Shown here piece after piece: positions 10,821 through 18,965 of a stretch of DNA of 64,000 nt. A program made the translations under genes and the position numbers. Position 1 is the first letter of the stretch, and every line of letters starts with the position of its first letter. The stretch is from sequence record PV158447.1; one strand, given 5' to 3'. The notes under the pieces were generated by a model, which was not told the origin of the DNA, did not search any database, and saw only the letters and a program-made list of their open reading frames with translations.

Positions 10821-11207
10821 ATGTCTAACGTCAGTATTCAAGTTGGTTATCGTGCAGTAGCAAATGGTCGTTCTGGTCGTCTTCCAGTGAAACAATTGTA
10901 CACTGCGCAAGTCACTGAAGAAACTGGTGATCTCTTTGAAGAGAAAGATGGGTGGAACTTCCACCAGCTGGGCGCAGAAACAACTGTTGTGGTCTCCGTG
11001 AAGGATGATAAAGATTATCCGACTGATCTGAATGGTCTTCACAAGCTGATCGAACATCCTTCTGTTGTAATACCCAAGACAGAAAAGTTGATGTTGCTCC
11101 GGGTTATCGAAACCATGATGGATAATGGTGAGAAGCATGTTCTCACCGGTAATCGTGGACTTTGGATGACCAAGAATCATGGACTGGTGAAAACTAAGGA
11201 GATCTAA
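10821..11207 (+). CDS. Hypothetical protein (128 aa)
   Basis: GGGAG SD. Confidence 0.8.
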   Translation: MSNVSIQVGYRAVANGRSGRLPVKQLYTAQVTEETGDLFEEKDGWNFHQLGAETTVVVSVKDDKDYPTDLNGLHKLIEHPSVVIPKTEKLMLLRVIETMMDNGEKHVLTGNRGLWMTKNHGLVKTKEI

Positions 11208-11208
11208 C

Positions 11209-11643
11209 ATGCTGAAGTATTTGTTTGGTGGGATGTTTGACAGTTCTGGCGATTGTTACGATGCGGTTACACTGACTTGGAAGCGTGATAGTTTCCAACA
11301 TCAGGATATGGCTCGGCAAACTCGGATGAACGTTTTGCAAGGCGGGTTCACTGATTTTGATACCATCGATGGGGCGATTACTAATTTCCACGGTGAAAGT
11401 ATTTCCTGTCGGGTAGACAGTACTCACTCCCGCTCCCAAGACACCATCGCAAAGATCATGGCCGAAGGGAAAGGATACAAAATCGAGTTTGAAGATGATT
11501 CGATCCCTGTAGTCCTTTTGTTCGTCGATAAGGACGTGCAAGTAGAAGCTGATATCGGTTGGAAATCAGTAACCCCAATTACTGATCGAAAACAAATCGC
11601 AGATGAAATTGCGGATTGTGTCAATTGGAGAGGACGGTTCTAA
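11209..11643 (+). CDS. Hypothetical protein (144 aa)
   Basis: AAGGAG SD. Confidence 0.8.
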   Translation: MLKYLFGGMFDSSGDCYDAVTLTWKRDSFQHQDMARQTRMNVLQGGFTDFDTIDGAITNFHGESISCRVDSTHSRSQDTIAKIMAEGKGYKIEFEDDSIPVVLLFVDKDVQVEADIGWKSVTPITDRKQIADEIADCVNWRGRF

Positions 11644-11867
11644 TGTTTCCATTTGTAGAAGTAATACTCGCTATGATTGCACTGATATACCTCTTTATTG
11701 GGTGGGGCGTGATTGCGCCCATGGGGTGGTACTTCGGGGAACGGTATAAACGAACATGGTATAAGGATATTGCGTTCATTATCATATTTATAATGGTTGT
11801 CCTCTTTTGGCTTCCCATCGCTCTTATCACGGTGGTATTCGGAGCCTCGTTCAAACGAAAACTATAA
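11643..11867 (+). CDS. Small two-TM membrane protein (74 aa)
   Basis: TAATG overlap; two hydrophobic segments around W-x-FGE-x-x-K. Confidence 0.7.
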   Translation: MFPFVEVILAMIALIYLFIGWGVIAPMGWYFGERYKRTWYKDIAFIIIFIMVVLFWLPIALITVVFGASFKRKL

Positions 11868-11870
11868 ACA

Positions 11871-11898
11871 CTACCGCTACCCAAACGGGCAGCGGTAG
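11871..11898. terminator. Bidirectional terminator hairpin between convergent genes
   Basis: CTACCGCTACCC-AAAC-GGGCAGCGGTAG (one mismatch). Confidence 0.7.
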
Positions 11899-11902
11899 CT
11901 AT

Positions 11903-12526
11903 CTATTTGTTTGTTTTCTTTTTACCAACTACTTCTGGAATATGAGGAACATAAAACAAATTGAACACGTGATCATCAATGCTTTTAGCAGCCACTGTAA
12001 TCGTTCCGGAGAGGCTCGTGGTTGGATCCTTTTCTGTTTCCAGGGAAAGTGTAACAGTATCCCAGAAAACGTCTCCTAGCGCTTCTTGTGCGGCGTCAGC
12101 GGTATTCTTAAGTTCATTAAGAACTACTACGAATTCTTTTTCTTCGGTCAGATAGAAAACACCAAATGTTATTTCCCGTTTACCAATCGCTGCCAACAAA
12201 TCAGTTTTGGTATACTGCGGTGTTGGTATCTCTAGTGATTTGAAAATTGTTTCAACACCAACCTTTTCTATCAATGCATCTGCGTGAAAGAATCCTGTCT
12301 TACGAGAAACAAAAGAACTAACAATTCTCCCGTTAGGGAAAGTGGTTGGGTGCTCTATTTGTACGTCTTTGTTCTTCAGTCCGTAGTACCTGGCTTTTGC
12401 TAAAGCGAGTGTATTCAAATCCCCTTTAGCGGTGAGTTCTTCTATTCGTTTCTGCATGTAGAGTTCAATAGAAGCGAACAAGGGATCTTTGATTTCCTTT
12501 GTCCTGATTAATTCTGCTTTAATCAT
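11903..12526 (-). CDS. Standalone paralog of the N-terminal domain of the 1..2621 tail-fibre-like protein (207 aa)
   Basis: Ungapped hand alignment: 31 of the first 101 residues identical (IKDPLF, GDL, LA-x-x-RY-x-G, IE-x-P), plus LGDV further on. Confidence 0.8.
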   Translation of the reverse strand: MIKAELIRTKEIKDPLFASIELYMQKRIEELTAKGDLNTLALAKARYYGLKNKDVQIEHPTTFPNGRIVSSFVSRKTGFFHADALIEKVGVETIFKSLEIPTPQYTKTDLLAAIGKREITFGVFYLTEEKEFVVVLNELKNTADAAQEALGDVFWDTVTLSLETEKDPTTSLSGTITVAAKSIDDHVFNLFYVPHIPEVVGKKKTNK

Positions 12527-12575
12527 TACTTTCCCCGTAATTAGTTATAGGACGTTATCAAACGATCCTTTTTTT

Positions 12576-12615
12576 AAGTTCCATTTATTTTGAGGTAGAT
12601 ATTATCTACATGTAG
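12576..12615 (+). promoter_or_regulatory. Phage early-type promoter, copy 2
   Basis: AAGTTCCATTTATTTTGAGGTAGATATTATCTACATGTAG. Confidence 0.75.
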
Positions 12616-12659
12616 CACACAGTGCGTTTATTTAAACTTTACTTAGGAGTTTATTTGTT

Positions 12660-13055
12660 ATGGTAGTTCTCGATATCCTGGATTTCGACAATTATTTTAC
12701 TGGGTCGTTAGAATCCAATATCGAATACTTTCACGGTTCTAAAGAAGCAATGTGGACCAGTTCCCACTACAGAACGATCGAGTATCACTACCTCTATGGA
12801 ACTCGTCTGAGAGAACATGTTGAACAAAACTTCTTAAAGGAACTTTCTTTTAATCCCGTTAAGTGGTTGTTGTTCATTAGTTTTCTCAGTACGATGCGAG
12901 TGTTTGACAAAATTGCAACAAACCATTTGGCGTTCGCTACAGAACGTGGAACAGAAGTGATCCGCTTGGCGTTGGTAAGGATTCAAAATCAATACCGATC
13001 TTTAATTAGACGTTACGGTGATATAGACAACATCCACGTTACAAGAAGAGGTTAG
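12660..13055 (+). CDS. Hypothetical protein (131 aa)
   Basis: TTAGGAG SD after promoter. Confidence 0.75.
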   Translation: MVVLDILDFDNYFTGSLESNIEYFHGSKEAMWTSSHYRTIEYHYLYGTRLREHVEQNFLKELSFNPVKWLLFISFLSTMRVFDKIATNHLAFATERGTEVIRLALVRIQNQYRSLIRRYGDIDNIHVTRRG

Positions 13056-13057
13056 TT

Positions 13058-13564
13058 ATGATCCAACGACAGTTTTGTTGGAGTGATCTTCATATCGATC
13101 ATTATCCAGCTCTGAAACATCGAGGGTGGTTTGAAACCCTAGAAGAATACCAGGAGGATTGTGCCGAGAAATGGGATCGAATTGTAGCTCCTCAAGACAC
13201 GATCTATCTGGTTGGTGATATCGCCATGACCTGGGATGGGTTACGTTGGGTAAGTAAACGGCCCGGTCGGAAAATTCTGATCCTGGGAAATAACGATAAA
13301 GAACGCGAGAACAGTATTCGGGATTTACTTTCTGTTTATGATGATGTTGAAGGTTTGATGAAACATCGGAAAGGTTTCTATTTCTCCCATGCGCCGGTGC
13401 ATGTATCGGAATTGAGGGGGAGAAGAAACATTCACGGGCATACTCACGGGAAGGTCATTACTGATCCACGCTACATTAATGTCTGTATTGACATTGCAAG
13501 GGACGGGCCTGTGGATTTACAGGATATCGTTTCTAAACGTTATGCGTCATTTAGGAGTGAATAG
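13058..13564 (+). CDS. Calcineurin-like metallophosphoesterase
   Basis: SDLHIDH, LVGDIA, LGNND, FSHAP, IHGHTH motifs. Confidence 0.9.
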   Translation: MIQRQFCWSDLHIDHYPALKHRGWFETLEEYQEDCAEKWDRIVAPQDTIYLVGDIAMTWDGLRWVSKRPGRKILILGNNDKERENSIRDLLSVYDDVEGLMKHRKGFYFSHAPVHVSELRGRRNIHGHTHGKVITDPRYINVCIDIARDGPVDLQDIVSKRYASFRSE

Positions 13565-13752
13565 TGAAGAGGCTTCAACTCAGTTATAAACAAAGTTTTG
13601 AACAGATGTATCTGCAATTGAAACACCACCGTAAAGGACGAGACGTAAACATTGTTCCAAAAGTGGAACGTTGTATCTGCCCTCGTTTGAACGGTACGTT
13701 TGCCTACGTTTACAAACACGATCTTTACGATCCAGTTTTACAAATGCAATAA
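13564..13752 (+). CDS. Hypothetical protein (62 aa, GTG start)
   Basis: Overlaps upstream stop; GGAG SD. Confidence 0.55.
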   Translation: MKRLQLSYKQSFEQMYLQLKHHRKGRDVNIVPKVERCICPRLNGTFAYVYKHDLYDPVLQMQ

Positions 13753-13763
13753 GGAGAAAAATA

Positions 13764-14468
13764 ATGACTATGGTCGTTTTTGACGGAACGTGTTTGGTAG
13801 CTGATGGTGCGTCAACTGTTCGCGATACACACATGAAATCGCTGTTTGATGAATATCATAAAACAAAGATCATTGTTCCCAACTTCGAGTTCAAAGATAA
13901 GGCAACGGGCCTTGCCATCAAAGCACTGGCAGGTACTGGGGTAGTGGCTGATATTAACGATGTCATAGAACAGATCTTGATAATCGGACGAGCTGGCCAC
14001 GACATAGACCTTCATCTGGTTCAGCTTCAGCACCTACTAAAAGACAGGACGGAGTGTCAGATAGTCGCCATCTGCACGTCTGAAACAGACGACGGCACTA
14101 ACGTAATCGCCACTGATCTCTTTAGGACGGGGGTTTATAGAGACGAGTGTTTCGATTGGTCTAAACAAGATGCACTCACCCCATCAATAGCTGGAGTAAA
14201 TGATGACATCCCTGACTGGAAATTGGGAGAGGGCTGGGACAGCGCCTTGGAGATTGTTTCATTTGGCTCTGCGCTCTTCCCTGGTAAAGTCGGGGGTCTT
14301 CTAACCAGGTATAACGTATTTACCGGTGTTCTGGATCATCCCAAACATGCCGATAAAGAAATCTTGCAAGGAATGTATAATAAATTCAGGAAGGAAGAAA
14401 TCGCAAAAGTACAAAAACGATTTTCGAATGTAAAGAATTTCATCAATAACCCCACTAACACTTACTAA
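13764..14468 (+). CDS. Ntn-hydrolase/proteasome-beta (HslV-like) fold protein (234 aa)
   Basis: AAGGAG SD gives start M-TMVVFDGTCLVADG; later KTKII and ALAGTGVVAD, resembling HslV T1...AGD...K33...FAGGTAD. Confidence 0.6.
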   Translation: MTMVVFDGTCLVADGASTVRDTHMKSLFDEYHKTKIIVPNFEFKDKATGLAIKALAGTGVVADINDVIEQILIIGRAGHDIDLHLVQLQHLLKDRTECQIVAICTSETDDGTNVIATDLFRTGVYRDECFDWSKQDALTPSIAGVNDDIPDWKLGEGWDSALEIVSFGSALFPGKVGGLLTRYNVFTGVLDHPKHADKEILQGMYNKFRKEEIAKVQKRFSNVKNFINNPTNTY

Positions 14469-14476
14469 GGTACAAC

Positions 14477-14851
14477 ATGTCTATTCTGAAAGAAATTCAC
14501 AATAAAGGTTTGAAAGGACTCCATGTTAATGATGATCTCAAATGGGCTTTCTGGGGTCTGTTGTTCGATCGTCAAACTGGTTCTGTGAGGAAACGGATCA
14601 TCCGGACCGTCGCTATGCGGGTTGGGGATAATCCGACCGGACACGACTTTAATAAGGAACAGGTTTCAGAAATCATCAAAGACATGATCAAACGTTCCAA
14701 CTCACTTCCGGAATTGGTTCATTCGGATGCCGTTCGGGCTGCGACACGTATCTGTCTGGAACGCACCCTCCATCTAGACCACCCTGAAGAGATCTTTGAT
14801 AAAATCGTTGAACACTTCTCTAACTTACCCAAGGAGCAAGATGATGACTGA
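14477..14851 (+). CDS. Hypothetical protein (124 aa)
   Basis: TAAGG SD. Confidence 0.8.
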   Translation: MSILKEIHNKGLKGLHVNDDLKWAFWGLLFDRQTGSVRKRIIRTVAMRVGDNPTGHDFNKEQVSEIIKDMIKRSNSLPELVHSDAVRAATRICLERTLHLDHPEEIFDKIVEHFSNLPKEQDDD

Positions 14852-15383
14852 ACAAGACCAAGAAATGGAATCGATTCGTAGTCGAGTCCTTCGACTCCTC
14901 TGTCAATATGATCGCCCAATGCAAGAGTCCAATGCACGTTGCGACAACGTCACTATGTTCTTTAGCACCGGGATCTACCACAACCTGGAACATCGCACCA
15001 AACGTCTCCTGGACTTCCTTAACGTCATTGCTATGCTGAGTGAAGATATCAGGGTAGGCGATATCGAGAATCTCCCTGAGGGTGGTTTAGAGCGATTTGA
15101 AGAGACGATCAATCTCCACCGTGAACACATCCTCCGGGTTATTGATTGGGATAATGATCTCTTTGACGCTTGGTTGGGTTTCAATGGAGTTATCGAATGG
15201 GGTGAGGACGGCTTTATTATCACCATTCGGAATGAAGAAGAATGGAAAGATGCTCACCAAGGTGTGTTAGACTACCTCTTCGGGGATGAGGAAGGGGTCC
15301 AAAGACGTTTTATCAATCCCAAGCAACCCTTTGCCAGTAAGGAACTGGTAAGAGAGTTTATGGAAGTGTTTGATATTAAATAA
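14841..15383 (+). CDS. Hypothetical acidic protein (180 aa)
   Basis: AAGGAG SD before ATG at 14841. Confidence 0.8.
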   Translation: MMTEQDQEMESIRSRVLRLLCQYDRPMQESNARCDNVTMFFSTGIYHNLEHRTKRLLDFLNVIAMLSEDIRVGDIENLPEGGLERFEETINLHREHILRVIDWDNDLFDAWLGFNGVIEWGEDGFIITIRNEEEWKDAHQGVLDYLFGDEEGVQRRFINPKQPFASKELVREFMEVFDIK

Positions 15384-15397
15384 CTTAGGAGAAAGAA

Positions 15398-15793
15398 ATG
15401 TTCGTATTACCGACAACTCGTGGAACACATCGTCATGTTTTTATCTCTAACAAGTTTGTAGTGAAGATCCCCCGTATCAGTGCGTGGTGGAAATTCTCTC
15501 CTGATGTTGAACGGTTCAAAGAGAACTTGTATCTCAACAAAATGGAGATTGAGCTCTGCAAGAAACATGCTGGTGAAAAAGGAATTCCCAAACTTTACTT
15601 TGGTGGGTTCTTTGGCTTGTTGGTGATCATGAAACGGTACCAACAGTTTGAAGATCGCGAGGAATACATGGACAAACTCTCTGTACTCATTGAGAAAAGC
15701 CCACTTCCCCGTGAGTTTTGGGAAGATGATGCGCACATGAATAATTTCGGTTTCGATTACGACGGTTCCATTGTTAAAATTGATTTGGGGTAA
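15398..15793 (+). CDS. Minimal protein-kinase-like protein 1 (131 aa)
   Basis: RGTHRHVF, VVKIP, NKME, IPKLY, LLVIMKR, DDAHMNNFG, KIDLG in kinase subdomain order. Confidence 0.7.
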   Translation: MFVLPTTRGTHRHVFISNKFVVKIPRISAWWKFSPDVERFKENLYLNKMEIELCKKHAGEKGIPKLYFGGFFGLLVIMKRYQQFEDREEYMDKLSVLIEKSPLPREFWEDDAHMNNFGFDYDGSIVKIDLG

Positions 15794-15797
15794 AAAA

Positions 15798-16286
15798 ATG
15801 TCTATTAAAGCACGACCGCAATTTAAAGACTGTAATCGACTGGAGAAATCTTTCCGTGAAGTTTTGAAAGACAAACCTTGTGGAATTAACCCTGCTGAAT
15901 ATGTCAAAATTCTGAAGGATATCACTCACCAGAGTTTCAACGACAGTAACATCTTCATGTTGCAAATGTTTGATTGTAACGGTTCTGTGAAAATCCATGG
16001 AGATACTTTCCGTAACGTTTATACCGAGGAGGAGTGGTACGAACGTTTTGGTTATCGGAAATCTTTATATCGCTCATGCCTCACTGGCATGACGATTCCT
16101 ATCAACATCAAATACAATCGCGCCTTTTCCAAAGCTCGGTTAGTCATCGCAGTTTGTGATCACACTTGGCACTATCAGATCTCTGTGCAATTACTAAACA
16201 GCAACACCGATGCCTGGTCAGATAACATTGTGTCCACCAACAGTGTCAGAGAAGTTATCGAATACCTCACCCAAGAAACCATGTGA
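15798..16286 (+). CDS. Hypothetical protein (162 aa)
   Basis: ATG 4 nt after upstream stop. Confidence 0.75.
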   Translation: MSIKARPQFKDCNRLEKSFREVLKDKPCGINPAEYVKILKDITHQSFNDSNIFMLQMFDCNGSVKIHGDTFRNVYTEEEWYERFGYRKSLYRSCLTGMTIPINIKYNRAFSKARLVIAVCDHTWHYQISVQLLNSNTDAWSDNIVSTNSVREVIEYLTQETM

Positions 16287-16302
16287 CTTAGGAGTAATAA
16301 GT

Positions 16303-17016
16303 ATGACTGATCTCAACCCCACTACTCTTCATCGTGAGTGGTCACTACTGAATCGTCAAAAAGTGAAATTTTGGCGGAAGGGTAAAAATGAATTCTTCCT
16401 TTCTCTTGTTCATCCAAATCAGATTTTTGGTAAGGATGTGGAACTTTGCGAAATGGGGGACGTGATTTATATCAATCAATTCCGTCCCGTGGGAATACAT
16501 GACGGAGAGAAACTAGTAGCATTTACCCTGAACTTTGATCCAGATGGAATACCAACTGCTTACCGGTCACTTCCCTTCCAGTTCATCGAGACCATGGATG
16601 TACGAGAAGCGAGTTATTATATCGCTACCGCATTTGCCATGAACAACCTGGAAGATAAACTGGTCGACCAGATCGAACACCCCCTGGCTACGATTCTGCT
16701 CAAACATATTTACACGATGCAGAACACTACCCTCTCATCAGTGTTACTGGAAAAGAAAAGCAGAAGTGGAGAATTCTGGGACGAGGGAGAACTCAAACGT
16801 TACAGTTTTACCTATCTCGGAATCCCCGGTGGACTTATTGTGGAGGGATCTATGGGAGAAATTAAAATAGCTCTTCGTGCCACTATTGATCCTACCGACG
16901 AGTCTCTGGATATTGCACTCGCTCATAACGGAGAACTTCCCTCGAAATTCTCATTCGGAAATGAGAAAACAACCTGGGAAAGGGCTGTCGCTGAGTTTTG
17001 TCAACACCACATTTAA
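16303..17016 (+). CDS. Hypothetical protein (237 aa)
   Basis: TTAGGAG SD before ATG at 16303. Confidence 0.8.
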   Translation: MTDLNPTTLHREWSLLNRQKVKFWRKGKNEFFLSLVHPNQIFGKDVELCEMGDVIYINQFRPVGIHDGEKLVAFTLNFDPDGIPTAYRSLPFQFIETMDVREASYYIATAFAMNNLEDKLVDQIEHPLATILLKHIYTMQNTTLSSVLLEKKSRSGEFWDEGELKRYSFTYLGIPGGLIVEGSMGEIKIALRATIDPTDESLDIALAHNGELPSKFSFGNEKTTWERAVAEFCQHHI

Positions 17017-17032
17017 TTTAGGGGAAATACAA

Positions 17033-17228
17033 ATGAAAAACCAACGTCTGGGTATGAAAGATCTTTTTCGGGGGCGCTCGTCATCTGGCAGAACCTGGTA
17101 TCGAACCAGTTAAAGTTCTTGTGCTTCGTAAAAACAATGCTGTTGTCCGTGGATCCTTTATTAGTATTGCCTCAAAACCAATGAGCGCAATAGAAGCCCT
17201 GCGCTCTGTCAATGGTAATGGAAAATAG
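17033..17228 (+). pseudogene. Frameshifted small gene (64 aa if the G5 run at 17070-17074 were G4)
   Basis: Strong SD and ATG give only 26 aa; the +1 frame continues GARHLAEPGIEPVKVLVLRKNN... with phage-like codons and has no start codon of its own. Confidence 0.55.
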
Positions 17229-17239
17229 CATCTGTCGAA

Positions 17240-17497
17240 ATGATAGCAAAATTCCCGCCTACCCGTGAGGTTGAGCCTGGGTGTCAGTACGTAATCAAAG
17301 ATTTTGTCAGCCCGGTACAGTTTGTCCACATCATGGACGAGAATGGGGATGTTCACTTTTTACAGGACGTGTATTTGGACCCAGCAGAATCCAGGTTACG
17401 TGTTTTTGCTAAAGAAAAACAGGCCAAACGGTATAGTACATTTCCTGAAACTTTTGGAGTTGGATTGGAAACTATTTTTGGGGAGTCTGGGAAATGA
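17240..17497 (+). CDS. Hypothetical protein (85 aa)
   Basis: ORF fills operon gap. Confidence 0.65.
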   Translation: MIAKFPPTREVEPGCQYVIKDFVSPVQFVHIMDENGDVHFLQDVYLDPAESRLRVFAKEKQAKRYSTFPETFGVGLETIFGESGK

Positions 17498-18255
17498 AAA
17501 ACGCATTTGATGCAGTGAGGGAATTCGAAGAACAGATCGATACTTTTTGTTCTTTTGGATTTGAGAGTTATCATGAAACTGTGAAGAGTGTTTGTTTGGA
17601 CGCTCTTTCGTTTCTTGGCGAGCTTGAAAGGAAGGATCTGGTATTCTCATCAGGGACAGTTACTCCGTTGGCCGAAAGTTTGCGCTCAATCACATCTCCA
17701 TTGATCCCTGGGGGTTTTAAACCCTGGGTTTTTATATTCCTTGGTGACCGTAAAGAAACAGGCAAGTTCTTTAAGGAACATCCGGAGTTCAAAGAGAGAT
17801 TTGAATCCACTTGTCAGGCTATAGAACTGTTGGCTAAAGACATCCCGATAGAACACTGGAACTGGTTCAACCAGCAACAACGAATCAAGAACAGCCCCTA
17901 TCCATCTGAACCGAGGGTAGTGAGGACTGTCCAGGACTTGCTGGTTGTCTTGGTAGACGTCCCTCACAAAGATACTCCGATCGACTCCCTTCGGATACCT
18001 CGTCGGGACGAAGGGATGTTTGATATTGATCTTTTCTCCGGTGAATTCCGTGGGGAAATCATTACCAGACAACGGTTCAATCCTAAAACAATTCTGGATG
18101 CCACGATAATCTCTAGTTCGCTCACGGTTCAGGGTTTGATCGACATATTGAAACTGGCTCATCCAGATGCCTTTATTAACGATATTCGTTTGAAAGGTGC
18201 CGATAACGCCATTTACTTCGCGTACGAAGAAGACGGTGTAGTGATGCACGATTAA
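17494..18255 (+). CDS. Hypothetical protein (253 aa)
   Basis: ATGA overlap, GGGGAG SD. Confidence 0.8.
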   Translation: MKNAFDAVREFEEQIDTFCSFGFESYHETVKSVCLDALSFLGELERKDLVFSSGTVTPLAESLRSITSPLIPGGFKPWVFIFLGDRKETGKFFKEHPEFKERFESTCQAIELLAKDIPIEHWNWFNQQQRIKNSPYPSEPRVVRTVQDLLVVLVDVPHKDTPIDSLRIPRRDEGMFDIDLFSGEFRGEIITRQRFNPKTILDATIISSSLTVQGLIDILKLAHPDAFINDIRLKGADNAIYFAYEEDGVVMHD

Positions 18256-18264
18256 CGTTCGGTA

Positions 18265-18295
18265 ATCCTCCTGACCCACAGTGGGTCAGGAGGAT
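18265..18295. terminator. Intrinsic terminator hairpin
   Basis: ATCCTCCTGACCC-ACAGT-GGGTCAGGAGGAT. Confidence 0.75.
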
Positions 18296-18425
18296 ATTGA
18301 ATTCTGTTATTTATTTTATTACTTACGGGACGGGTAACGCTTCGATCTCAAATGTATGAGCACCCAGGGTGTAAAGACTACCTATTTCCTTATGTTATTT
18401 GGGGTGAGTCCCCAAAGCATTTCTT

Positions 18426-18466
18426 CAGTTCCATTTATTTTGAGATAGATATTATTAATATGTATA
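18426..18466 (+). promoter_or_regulatory. Phage early-type promoter, copy 3
   Basis: CAGTTCCATTTATTTTGAGATAGATATTATTAATATGTATA. Confidence 0.75.
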
Positions 18467-18500
18467 GATTTCAAGATACATTTAATTTAGGAGTAACGAA

Positions 18501-18953
18501 ATGAATTTGATTACCAAGTTAACTTGTTGGGTATTTAGTAAATTTGGACCAGAAGAACGTGCAGAAGGGAGAGATCGTCAGGTCTTTATCTTTAAAAATA
18601 AAGTCATCAAAGTGCCACAAATGACTGACTGGTTATCGTTTATCAGGGGATATTACTCTAACCTAAAAGAACTCGATAGTATCCAAGATTATACCGGAAA
18701 CTTTAAAGAACATCTTCCCGTAATCTTGGGGAGTTATTGTTTTGGATTAATTGTTGTTTATGTCCGCTATAAAGAAGTTGGTTTGGTGAATTCAGAAGAC
18801 GAAACTATTCGTTATAAGGATCGGTTGATGCTCATACGTAATGAAGAGCATCCAGGGCATTCATACATCTGGTTTAACGATCCAAAGATTTTTAACTACG
18901 GTTGGGATAAGTTTGGTAGATTGGTAATTATTGACATCGGAACGCCTTACTAA
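18501..18953 (+). CDS. Minimal protein-kinase-like protein 2 (150 aa)
   Basis: EGRDRQVF, VIKVP, NLKE, LPVIL, GLIVVYVRY, NDPKIFNYG, IIDIG; paralog of 15398..15793. Confidence 0.65.
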   Translation: MNLITKLTCWVFSKFGPEERAEGRDRQVFIFKNKVIKVPQMTDWLSFIRGYYSNLKELDSIQDYTGNFKEHLPVILGSYCFGLIVVYVRYKEVGLVNSEDETIRYKDRLMLIRNEEHPGHSYIWFNDPKIFNYGWDKFGRLVIIDIGTPY

Positions 18954-18965
18954 TGGGGGAAAGAA

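Noticed and set aside
18296-18425. Intergenic stretch with a small hairpin as a possible ncRNA or small ORF
   Set aside because: Only a short TTGGGG/CCCCAA stem; candidate ORFs lack an SD and run into the promoter
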